A program made the position numbers and the translations under genes. The notes below the pieces were generated by a model that saw nothing but the letters and a program-made list of their open reading frames with translations, made no database searches and was not told the origin of the DNA. DNA of 49,146 nucleotides from an uncultured Dechloromonas sp. GTDB taxonomy: Bacteria; Pseudomonadota; Gammaproteobacteria; Burkholderiales; Rhodocyclaceae. Positions 18,616-27,431 of this stretch are shown here, piece by piece (within the stretch, counting starts at the first letter, position 1; each line of letters opens with the position of its first letter). The stretch spans positions 1 to 49,146 of the forward strand of contig CAZLPR010000001.1 in assembly GCA_964561415.1 (NCBI GenBank), in the 5' to 3' direction.

Positions 18616-18900
18616 ATGAAAATCGATAGTTCATACAAGCCAACGACACCTGCAGTAACGCCTCGCCAGGCCACACCGCAGGCCACCCCAGGCGCCAGCA
18701 GCCAGGACGCGGTCAGTCTTAGCCAGTTGGCCGGCAGTATGCAGACCAGCGACAAACCGCCTGTTAACGCAGCGCGTATTCAAGAGATCAAGCTGGCCAT
18801 TTCCGAGGGGCGTTTCAAGATCAACCCTGAAGCTATTGCCAACAGCTTGATCGAATCGGCACGCGATCTGATCAACAGCAACGCCAAACGCGAAGCTTGA
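18616..18900 (+). CDS. flgM: Anti-sigma28 factor FlgM
   Basis: 94 aa; DAVSLS..RIQEIKLAISEGRFKINPEAIA. Confidence 0.94.
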   Translation: MKIDSSYKPTTPAVTPRQATPQATPGASSQDAVSLSQLAGSMQTSDKPPVNAARIQEIKLAISEGRFKINPEAIANSLIESARDLINSNAKREA

Positions 18901-19364
18901 TGAGCGATATCGCAGCAATCACCCAACGCGAAATCTCGCTAATTTCACGTTTTGTTGCGTTATTAAAAGATGAGCAGGCAGCCTTGAAACTTGCCAATGC
19001 TGCTGCGTTACCAGAAATTAGCACCGCCAAAATTGCATTCGTCGAACAGCTAAACGCCCTCGAAATAGAAAGACGTACTGCCTTGGGTATTTTCGGTGAA
19101 GAAAATACCCGGCAAGTGATGATCCAATGGTTGGCAAAACACCCTGAAAACAAGACTGCTGCGGTCAACTGGGAAAAACTTCTGATTTTTGCCCGCGAAG
19201 CCAAAGAACTTCACGAACTCAATGCCCACCTCGTCGGTCTGCATTTACAGCAAACCTCCGAAGCACTCGCCATCCTGACTCGCCAATCAGCCGAGCACGC
19301 GCTCTATGGTAGCAATGGCCAGGCCGGACGATACACCGGCAGCCGCATCGTCGATTCGGCCTGA
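18900..19364 (+). CDS. flgN: Export chaperone FlgN
   Basis: Helical, follows flgM with TGATG overlap; C-terminal LYG..G motif. Confidence 0.88.
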   Translation: MSDIAAITQREISLISRFVALLKDEQAALKLANAAALPEISTAKIAFVEQLNALEIERRTALGIFGEENTRQVMIQWLAKHPENKTAAVNWEKLLIFAREAKELHELNAHLVGLHLQQTSEALAILTRQSAEHALYGSNGQAGRYTGSRIVDSA

Positions 19365-19378
19365 AGCGCCACTCATTA

Positions 19379-20191
19379 CTATGTTGCTCCTGAGGCATTC
19401 CCAGTTTTCGCCGGTGAAATCTCTGTCGGTTCCTCAGGACGATTGGAGTCGATCAATATGCTGACACGGCGGTTCCTTGCCCTGCCTTCCGGCATTGTAT
19501 TGGTTTCCAGCGGCCGCGTTTCGCCATAACCAATCGCCGTCAGACGCTCTGCCCCAACCCCGCCGTCGTTAAACAAACGCAGCACAGTCGTGGCCCGCAT
19601 CGCCGACAACTCCCAGTTTGAGGGAAATTGCGGCGTTGAAATAGGGACGTTGTCAGTATGCCCTTCGATGGTGATCGGAAAATCGGATTCGGCCAACACC
19701 TGGGCGATAGCCAACATAGCACTGATTGAGGCCGGTTGAAGCTTCGCCTGTCCGGCCGGGAACAAAATACTGTCATTGATTTCGATCGTCACACCACGAC
19801 TCGTTTCAAGCAAACGCACCTTGCCTTGGGCGACTAATGGCTGCAAGGCATCCATAATATCCCCCGCCACATTTTTCATCTTTTGGCGCTGTTCGACTTT
19901 TTTCTCATCGATCTTTCTCGGCTCGGGCAAAGCATCCGGCTTAAGGATCGGTCGCGGCGGGATCGGTGGCGCCCCTTGCATTATGGCAATGGGTTGGCCA
20001 CCTACCTTGCCAGTCGTATTTGAAAATGCATTGACCAAGGAATGAGAAAGCACCTTGTATTTGCCCTCATTCACTGAAGAAATGGCATACATGACAACAA
20101 AGAAAGCAAACAGCAAGGTAATGAAGTCCGCATAAGAAACCAGCCAGCGCTCGTGGTTTTCGTGCTCCTCCGGGCGACGCTTGCGGGCCAT
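19379..20191 (-). CDS. motD: Stator B-subunit, MotD-type (OmpA-like peptidoglycan-binding domain)
   Basis: HENHERWLVSYADFITLLFAFF; GHTD, NWELS..RA, NRRV. Confidence 0.9.
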   Translation of the reverse strand: MARKRRPEEHENHERWLVSYADFITLLFAFFVVMYAISSVNEGKYKVLSHSLVNAFSNTTGKVGGQPIAIMQGAPPIPPRPILKPDALPEPRKIDEKKVEQRQKMKNVAGDIMDALQPLVAQGKVRLLETSRGVTIEINDSILFPAGQAKLQPASISAMLAIAQVLAESDFPITIEGHTDNVPISTPQFPSNWELSAMRATTVLRLFNDGGVGAERLTAIGYGETRPLETNTMPEGRARNRRVSILIDSNRPEEPTEISPAKTGNASGAT

Positions 20192-20931
20192 TAGAGCAGA
20201 TAGCCCCGAAGGCGACCTTCAATAATCCGGGGATTGTCACCCAGTGCGATGCCGACCAAGCCATCGATCATCATTTCTTTCGAGGCCACCATGCGGGTGA
20301 TGTAATACTTCAGCTTGCCGGCAATCGGCAAAAAAATCAGATTAGCCAAACCGACGCCGTAAATTGTCGCAACGAATGCGACCGCGATGCCGGCACCTAG
20401 CTTGGTAGGGTCGGAGAGATTTTCCATTACGTGAATCAAACCCATGACGGCACCTATGATGCCAATCGTTGGCGAATAACCACCAGCGGCGTCCCATATT
20501 TTTGCCGACTGGCGCCACTCGTCTTCATAGGTATTGATCTCAACTTCAAGCAGTTCGCGTATCCGCTCCGGATCAGCTCCGTCGACCAACAACTGCAAGC
20601 CTTTTTTTGCGAAATCATCTTTCAGCGCAGGAATATATTTTTCCAGCGCCAGCAAGCCTTCACGCCGGGAAAGCTGGCTCCAGGCGAGAATTTGATCGAT
20701 TTGACGCTTCTGCTCAATGACCGGTGGAACCCATACCCACTTGGCCATTTTTATGCCGCGGGTGAAAATATGGAGAGGACTCTGTAACAGAACAGCACCC
20801 AGCGTACCACCGCAAACAATTAACAAAGCGGTCGGCTGCACTAAAGAGCCGATGTGCCCACCTTCCAATATCTGCCCGCCGACAATGGCGATCAGACCAA
20901 TGGCCAGGCCGGCCAGGCTGATCTTATCCAA
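20191..20931 (-). CDS. motC: Stator A-subunit, MotC-type
   Basis: (M)DKISLAG..RREGLLALE..GGYSPTIGIIGAVMGLI; TTG start after AGGAG; short MotC/PomA length. Confidence 0.88.
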   Translation of the reverse strand: MDKISLAGLAIGLIAIVGGQILEGGHIGSLVQPTALLIVCGGTLGAVLLQSPLHIFTRGIKMAKWVWVPPVIEQKRQIDQILAWSQLSRREGLLALEKYIPALKDDFAKKGLQLLVDGADPERIRELLEVEINTYEDEWRQSAKIWDAAGGYSPTIGIIGAVMGLIHVMENLSDPTKLGAGIAVAFVATIYGVGLANLIFLPIAGKLKYYITRMVASKEMMIDGLVGIALGDNPRIIEGRLRGYLL

Positions 20932-21676
20932 CCAGTTTCTCCTTGCGCCGCCTTGTAGCGACCGGCACTTCACCCGTAAACTGGGTACGCAAACGAGCAA
21001 TTGCCTGAGTATGCAATTGGCAAATCCTTGACTCAGTCACCCCCATGACCTCACCGATTTCGCGCAAATTCAACTCCTGCTCGTAATACAGTGCCATCAT
21101 TAATTTCTCCCGTTCAGGCAAGCGATCGATTGCTTTGACCAGCGCAGCCTTGACGTTTTTGTCTTCAAGAATATTCGACGGATCGGCGTCATTGTCAGTG
21201 AAGTGACGCTCGAGAAAATCTTCATCGCCCTCGCCAGCAAAGTCATCGAAGTAAACTAACTGATGGCCGCGTGCGTCCTGCAGTGTTTTTTGATACTCCG
21301 CCAACGTCATACCCAACGTCTCGGCCAGTTCGCGTTCAGAAGGCGCCCGACCATGCGTATGCTCCAGCGTCTTGATCGCCCCTTCAATACGCCGCAACTC
21401 ACGCCGCAAGTTTCGTGGCAACCAGTCATTTTCACGCAGACCATCAAGCATGGCACCACGCACACGTTGTGTCGCGTAAGTCTCGAATTGGGCACCGAAG
21501 CCATCTTCGAAACGGTCCAAAGCGTCAAGCAACCCCAGCATGCCGTTTTGAACCAAGTCATCAAATTGGACGTTGGCCGGCAGACGTGCCAACAAATGAT
21601 AGGCGATGCGCTTCACCAGCGGCACGAAGCGCTGAACCAACTGTTCCCTATCAGGCTGCCCGGCAGCGGTATACAT
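20924..21676 (-). CDS. fliA: Flagellar sigma factor sigma28 FliA
   Basis: DDLVQ.G, FETYA..RVRGAMLD.LR..DW, LYY.QELNLREIG.VMGVTESR. Confidence 0.97.
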   Translation of the reverse strand: MYTAAGQPDREQLVQRFVPLVKRIAYHLLARLPANVQFDDLVQNGMLGLLDALDRFEDGFGAQFETYATQRVRGAMLDGLRENDWLPRNLRRELRRIEGAIKTLEHTHGRAPSERELAETLGMTLAEYQKTLQDARGHQLVYFDDFAGEGDEDFLERHFTDNDADPSNILEDKNVKAALVKAIDRLPEREKLMMALYYEQELNLREIGEVMGVTESRICQLHTQAIARLRTQFTGEVPVATRRRKEKLVG

Positions 21677-22566
21677 CAGGCTCGGAGTACGTTTGGGGTT
21701 ATGCGTTGACTCAAGTGTAGCAGTTGCTGCATGAAATGCTCGACCCCACCGGTCTCACTCTCCCCGCGTTGCCAATAAAGCAAGTCAGCGGCGATATCAC
21801 GGAATGCCGCCGCAGAGGGCGAATCCGGCACTTGCACCAAGACCGGCCGGCAAAGTTGGGCTGATTGGCGCAATGACTCATCCAGCGGAATGGCGCCAGC
21901 AAACTCAAGCCGGGCCACCCCACGCTGGGCCGCAACCTGGGCAATATTTTCGAAAATTGAACGCGCATCCGGTTGGCTGCGCACTTTGTTAACCAGAATA
22001 CGGAAATGCTTGCGGGAGAACGCGTGGCTGACTTTTTTGATCAGGGAGTAAGCTTCAGTGATCGACGCACTGCTACCCGACAAAACGACAACGGTTTCCT
22101 GCGAGGCCAGGCCAAACGGTGAAAAACCATTCGGATGCGTCATGCTGGCATCGACCAGAATAACGTCGAGCGGTCGCTCCAGCCCCGACATCGCATCAAG
22201 CAGGCTTTGTTGCTGCGGCAATGAAAGGCGCCCAATATTTTTCACAGCCTTGGCGGCAGGCAAAACGAGCAATCCGTTCATCGGCTGCAATAAGACCTGC
22301 GACAGCGCCATTTCGCGCTGCACGACATGGAGCAGGTCATAGCGGGCAACCAGGCCAAAGGAGGAGGCAATGTCGTCTTGTGAGGCGTGTTCGTCAATAA
22401 TGAGAACTTCTTTACCCAGCCGGGCCAGCGCAACACCCAGATTAGCAATGGCAACGCTTCGCCCGACGCCTTCGCAACCGGCGACAAAGGTCACCACCTG
22501 CAATTGCCGCCCTCCGCCCAGCATACGACGCAGACCGTCGGCCTGATCAAAACGAAAATCAGCCAC
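21676..22566 (-). CDS. flhG: FlhG/FleN MinD-like flagellar number regulator, degenerate P-loop
   Basis: N-terminal DQADGLRR helix; SITEAYSLIK; between flhF and fliA; GTG start overlapping flhF end. Confidence 0.88.
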   Translation of the reverse strand: MADFRFDQADGLRRMLGGGRQLQVVTFVAGCEGVGRSVAIANLGVALARLGKEVLIIDEHASQDDIASSFGLVARYDLLHVVQREMALSQVLLQPMNGLLVLPAAKAVKNIGRLSLPQQQSLLDAMSGLERPLDVILVDASMTHPNGFSPFGLASQETVVVLSGSSASITEAYSLIKKVSHAFSRKHFRILVNKVRSQPDARSIFENIAQVAAQRGVARLEFAGAIPLDESLRQSAQLCRPVLVQVPDSPSAAAFRDIAADLLYWQRGESETGGVEHFMQQLLHLSQRITPNVLRA

Positions 22567-24037
22567 GACGACCACCCATTGCCACCATGCCGGCATTAGC
22601 CATAACCAGGCCAGGTTCAACGCCATTATATTTATGCGGCGACGTATCCGGCACATCCTTGAAGGCACGATGCAACAGATAACCACGGTTGGGCAGATGC
22701 AAATCTTCCGGTACACGCTGGCCATTTGAAACATAGTGCAGCTTCAAACCATGCCGCATGATGACGTCGAGCGGCGTGGCGAGGCTGGCCGCTTCGTCGA
22801 TTTTGGTCAGGATGCAGCCGGCCAGATTGTCGCCTTCGTAGGCGCGAACCACGTCATCCAGGGTATCGCCACGGGAGGTCGAAGAGAGCAGCAACAGACG
22901 ATGTACGTCACAGCCAGCCAGCATATCGGTCAGTTCCGGCACCAACTTGTCTTTCTGACTCATCCCCATCGTGTCGATCAATACCATGTGCTTGTGCTGC
23001 AATTCGACCAAAGTCTGTCGAAGTTCAGCGGCATCTTTGACCAGATAAACCGTCACACCAAGGATACGGCCATAAATACGCAATTGTTCGTGAGCGCCAA
23101 TCCGATAACCATCGGTCGTCACCAACGCGACCTTGCTCGGCCCATGACGGAGCACACAGCGTGCTGCCAGTTTGGCTGTCGTCGTCGTCTTGCCAACTCC
23201 GGTGGGGCCGACCAGCGCATAAACACCGCCACGGTCCACTATGTCGCTTTCATTGCCAATGGTGAATAAGGAGCGATCGGCAGCACCTTTTACCCAGGCC
23301 ATTGCCTGCACAGCATCCATTTCGGTGGGCAAATCTGAGAGTAGATCACGGGCAAATTGTGGAGAGAAACCGGATTCAAGCATCTGACGCAAGAGTTCCG
23401 TTTTCACCGGCGCCGAGCGTGATGCCTCGCCCCAGGCGAACCCGGCTAGATGTTGCTCGACAATCTTGCGCAGCGAACGAATTTCATCCATTACCTGCAT
23501 CGGCACAACTTCCGCCTCGGTACGCTGTGGCGCACTGGCTTGCGTTTGTTGCCGGGGTAAGGCGGCAGGTGCTGTTTGCTGCGCTGGCGGCATGTTTGCT
23601 GCGGTCGACGGCTGCGGACGGCTATTTTCAAGATTACGCAATGAGCCATTTTTCGGAATGCCTGCGTTGACAGCCCCCACCGAGCGAGCGATTTGAGCCG
23701 GCTGCGCCATTGGACGCTGAACAGGTGCCGGCTGCGGCTGAAGCGGCACAGCATGGCGTTGCGCCAGCGGTGCCGACTGTGCCACCTGAGCACGAGCAGA
23801 GGAAAGGGAAACGCGATAATCATCAGCATCCACCGGAGCGGGGCGACGCTCGGGCGGGGCGCGATCAGCCACCTGGGTCGGCACAATCATCGCCATATCG
23901 CGAGCGGCAACCGCCATGATTTCGACACCGCCAGGGATGCCTCGATTGGAAAGAATAATCGCATCGTTACCGAGCGTTTCTTTCACTTTTCGTAAGGCGT
24001 CTCTTGCTGTGGCCGCGATAAATTTTCTGACGTTCAT
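22559..24037 (-). CDS. flhF: SRP-family GTPase FlhF
   Basis: GPTGVGKTTT; DGYRIGA.EQL; DTMG; TKIDE; GQRVPED. Confidence 0.96.
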   Translation of the reverse strand: MNVRKFIAATARDALRKVKETLGNDAIILSNRGIPGGVEIMAVAARDMAMIVPTQVADRAPPERRPAPVDADDYRVSLSSARAQVAQSAPLAQRHAVPLQPQPAPVQRPMAQPAQIARSVGAVNAGIPKNGSLRNLENSRPQPSTAANMPPAQQTAPAALPRQQTQASAPQRTEAEVVPMQVMDEIRSLRKIVEQHLAGFAWGEASRSAPVKTELLRQMLESGFSPQFARDLLSDLPTEMDAVQAMAWVKGAADRSLFTIGNESDIVDRGGVYALVGPTGVGKTTTTAKLAARCVLRHGPSKVALVTTDGYRIGAHEQLRIYGRILGVTVYLVKDAAELRQTLVELQHKHMVLIDTMGMSQKDKLVPELTDMLAGCDVHRLLLLSSTSRGDTLDDVVRAYEGDNLAGCILTKIDEAASLATPLDVIMRHGLKLHYVSNGQRVPEDLHLPNRGYLLHRAFKDVPDTSPHKYNGVEPGLVMANAGMVAMGGRRG

Positions 24038-26118
24038 GTTTTACCTCCGATAACCGAGGTCACCTTGATAATTCGATTTTCTGGAACTTCGTTATGTGCC
24101 AGCACCTTCAACTGCGGTACGGTGCGGCGCAAAAACCGGGAAAGCAGCAAGCGCAAACTTGCTGGGACAAGGAGGACAGCTGGTAAGCCAAGATCCTCCT
24201 GGCGCTTCGCCGCCCCAGCAGTTTCGCGAACCAGGGTATCGGCCAGGCCGGGTTCGAAACTCGTATTTTCCGAACCGCCGCCAATGGCTTGCGAAAGAAG
24301 TCGCTCAAGGGTCGGGTCAAGGGACATGACCTGCATTTCGGCACTCCCCGGGAAAAGTTGCTGAACGATGGCCCGACCCAACGCACTGCGCACCTGCGTC
24401 GAAATTTCGTCCGCATTTTGCGTGCGCGTCGCGTGATCAGCGACGGTTTCGATGATGGTTCGCATATCGCGAATAGGCACACCTTCGTCAAGCAGGCTTT
24501 GCAGCACCTTTTGCAGGGTGCCGAGCGGCAAGACTTTCGGGACCAGATCCTCGACCAGTTTGGGCATTTCCTTGGCGAGGTGATCGAGCAATTGTTGCAC
24601 CTCTTGACGGCCAAGCAGTTCCGCAGCATGAGTCAAAATCAGGTGATTCAGATGCGTCGCCACCACTGTTGAGGCGTCAACCACGGTATAGCCATAGGCT
24701 TGCGCCTGGTCGCGCTGGCTCGCGTCAATCCAGGTTGCGGGCAGACCGAAGGCTGGATCCTTAGTTGCCGTACCGCTCAGAGTGCCGGCAACGCGCCCCG
24801 GGTTAATCGCCAGGAACTGCCCGGTGTAAGCCTCGCCCAGTCCAACTTCGACGCCCTTCAGAAGAATGCGGTAAGCGTTCGGCTTCAATTCGAGGTTGTC
24901 ACGAATATGGACCGGCGAAACGAGGAAGCCGACTTCCTGGGCGAATTTTTTACGGATGCCACGAATACGACGCAGCAATTCCCCATCTTGCGATTTGTCG
25001 ACCAGAGGAATTAAGCGATAGCCGACTTCAAGCCCCAAGACATCAAGCGGCGCCACATCGTTCCAACTCGCCTCCATGGCCTCCTGAACGGGGGCTGGCG
25101 CAACCTTGACAGGGGTTTCGACAACACGCTTTTCAGTCTGCAACATCCGCCAGGCCAACCAAGCCATGCCCGAGGCGATCAACAAAAAAACCGTATTCGG
25201 CATACCGGGGATCATGCCGAGAAGGCCGACCATTGCTGCGGCGATGCCGAGCGCCTTGCCATTACGGAACATTTGTCCCATAACCTGCTGCCCGACATCA
25301 CGATCGTCTGAGACGCGAGTTACGACCATACCAGCCGCAATGGAAATGATCAGCCCAGGAATCTGAGCGACCAGTCCGTCACCGATTGCCAGCAGGGTGT
25401 AGTTTTTCCCCGCCATGGCCAGGGGCATATCATGCTGGAGCACGCCAACAATCAAACCGCCGACAATATTCAACAAGGTGATAACGATACCCGCGACGGC
25501 ATCGCCACGCACAAATTTTGACGCACCGTCCATCGAGCCAAAGAACTCGGCTTCACGGGAAATATCCTGACGCCGTGTGCGCGCTTCGTCTTCGCCGATC
25601 AGACCGGCATTAAGATCGGCGTCGATCGCCATCTGCTTACCCGGCATTGCATCGAGCGTAAACCGCGCGGCAACTTCAGCGACTCGCCCAGCGCCTTTGG
25701 TAATGACCATGAAGTTAATCACGACCAGAATTAGGAATACGATAATACCAACAGCAAAATTACCGCCGACCAAAAAATGCCCGAACGCCTCGATAACCTT
25801 GCCTGCCGCATCCGGCCCGGTATGCCCTTCGAGCATGACAACACGTGTTGAGGCGACATTGAGGGACAATCGCATAAGCGTCGTCACGAGCAAAACAGTG
25901 GGGAAAACCGAGAAATCGAGGGTCTTTTGGACGTTGACCGCAACCAACAACACCAGCACGGCAATGGCAATATTGAAGGTAAAGAACAGATCAAGGACGA
26001 AGGCTGGCAGTGGCAGCACCATCATCGCCAGAATCATCAGGATCAGGACGGGGGCTGCCATCTGCGTGGCGTTCAAACGTCCGAGCAAATTTTGCATGCT
26101 GAGTGATGAGCCGGCCAT
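24034..26118 (-). CDS. flhA: Export gate protein FlhA
   Basis: EVAARFTLDAMPGKQMAIDADL; MDGASKFVRGDA. Confidence 0.98.
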   Translation of the reverse strand: MAGSSLSMQNLLGRLNATQMAAPVLILMILAMMVLPLPAFVLDLFFTFNIAIAVLVLLVAVNVQKTLDFSVFPTVLLVTTLMRLSLNVASTRVVMLEGHTGPDAAGKVIEAFGHFLVGGNFAVGIIVFLILVVINFMVITKGAGRVAEVAARFTLDAMPGKQMAIDADLNAGLIGEDEARTRRQDISREAEFFGSMDGASKFVRGDAVAGIVITLLNIVGGLIVGVLQHDMPLAMAGKNYTLLAIGDGLVAQIPGLIISIAAGMVVTRVSDDRDVGQQVMGQMFRNGKALGIAAAMVGLLGMIPGMPNTVFLLIASGMAWLAWRMLQTEKRVVETPVKVAPAPVQEAMEASWNDVAPLDVLGLEVGYRLIPLVDKSQDGELLRRIRGIRKKFAQEVGFLVSPVHIRDNLELKPNAYRILLKGVEVGLGEAYTGQFLAINPGRVAGTLSGTATKDPAFGLPATWIDASQRDQAQAYGYTVVDASTVVATHLNHLILTHAAELLGRQEVQQLLDHLAKEMPKLVEDLVPKVLPLGTLQKVLQSLLDEGVPIRDMRTIIETVADHATRTQNADEISTQVRSALGRAIVQQLFPGSAEMQVMSLDPTLERLLSQAIGGGSENTSFEPGLADTLVRETAGAAKRQEDLGLPAVLLVPASLRLLLSRFLRRTVPQLKVLAHNEVPENRIIKVTSVIGGKT

Positions 26119-27257
26119 TACGCGGCCTCCGGCACTAATTCAGACGGCACCGGCAGATTGCGCGGCATCACCGGATAAGCGCCGCCCTGCTGACGCCAGT
26201 TGGCAAGCTGATAAATATAAGCAAGAACCTCCGCCACTGCGTTATACAGGGCGGAGGGAATAGGTGCATCGAGGTTAGCATGCTTGTAGAGGGCTCGCGC
26301 CAAGGGCGGCGCTTCCATGACAGGAACCGCATGCTCCGCGCCAATTTCCCTTATTTTCAAGGCGATCACCCCGACGCCCTTGGCCACTACCTTTGGCGCC
26401 GCCATCCCCGCCTGATAGGAAAGCGCCACCGCGTAATGCGTTGGATTGGTGACAATCACATTAGCCTGCGGCACCGCGGCCATCATACGTTTGCGTGCGG
26501 CCTGCATCTGCAGGCTACGAATCCGCCCTTTGACCTGCGGATCGCCCATCATTTCCTTCATTTCCTGCTTGACCTCTTCCTTGGTCATTTTCAGCTTTTC
26601 AATGTATTGCCAAAGCTGGAAGGGGACATCGGCAGCAACAACGATGAACAGGGTTGAAGCCAGAATCAAGAAGGAAAAAGTGACCAGATTGCCAGCGTGC
26701 GCCATTGCTGCCTCAAGCGACTCACCGAACAAACCAAAAATCTCGTCGCGCTCTTTCCAGATCAGCAAAACGCCGACACCACCTACCAAAACCGCTTTGA
26801 GGATGGCCTTGCCCAACTCCATCAGGCTATTCCAGGAAAACATCCGCCCCAAACCGCTCAGCGGGTTCATTCGGCTCAGATCTGGTACCAAAGCCTTACC
26901 GGAAAACACCCACGCATTCAAAAAAAATGGCGGCAAAACAGACGCAAGCACCAGCAGAGCCAAAAATGGAGAAAAGGCTATCAGTGCATCGAGCGAAAGA
27001 TCGAACAAGCGTGGCAGCATCATGGCTGGCTCATGCATGTATTGGGGCTCGACAGAAAACGCCTTGCGGGCAATGTTCAAGGAGCGCTGCATAAACCAGC
27101 CCCCCATCATCCAGAAAGAAGTTGCTGCAGTAATCAAAACCAAGAACGTACCGAGCTCACGGGAATGTGGAACCTGCCCTTTTTCTTGGGCTTGCTCCAG
27201 TCGCCTACCGGTAGGCTCTTCCGTTTTATCGAGGTCGCTCTCTTCGGCCATAGCCAT
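26118..27257 (-). CDS. flhB: Export specificity switch FlhB
   Basis: DKTEEPT; NPTH autocleavage site; PPLARALY. Confidence 0.97.
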   Translation of the reverse strand: MAMAEESDLDKTEEPTGRRLEQAQEKGQVPHSRELGTFLVLITAATSFWMMGGWFMQRSLNIARKAFSVEPQYMHEPAMMLPRLFDLSLDALIAFSPFLALLVLASVLPPFFLNAWVFSGKALVPDLSRMNPLSGLGRMFSWNSLMELGKAILKAVLVGGVGVLLIWKERDEIFGLFGESLEAAMAHAGNLVTFSFLILASTLFIVVAADVPFQLWQYIEKLKMTKEEVKQEMKEMMGDPQVKGRIRSLQMQAARKRMMAAVPQANVIVTNPTHYAVALSYQAGMAAPKVVAKGVGVIALKIREIGAEHAVPVMEAPPLARALYKHANLDAPIPSALYNAVAEVLAYIYQLANWRQQGGAYPVMPRNLPVPSELVPEAA

Positions 27258-27382
27258 CTTCTGAAATTTATGGGGCTATTATAGGAAAAAACCAAAGAAA
27301 TTAAACAGGTACGAGTGCTTATTTAGCCAGTTTCTCAGAAGAGCATCGCAAGCCCATGACAACAGAGTAAACTTTTTAAAAG

Positions 27383-27408
27383 AAAAAAAAGGGGGCAAGC
27401 CCCCTTTT
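27383..27408 (-). terminator. Rho-independent terminator downstream of cheA (possibly bidirectional)
   Basis: AAAAAAAA-GGGGG-caag-CCCCC-TTTT on +; on the minus strand a GC hairpin followed by 8 T. Confidence 0.85.
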
Positions 27409-27431
27409 AAGTCGTTGACTGGAAATGAAAA

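Noticed and set aside
27317-27360. Possible sigma54 promoter upstream of flhB (TGGCTAAATAAGC; TGGGCTTGCGATGC)
   Set aside because: GG-to-GC spacing is 10 or 11 nt, not the required 12
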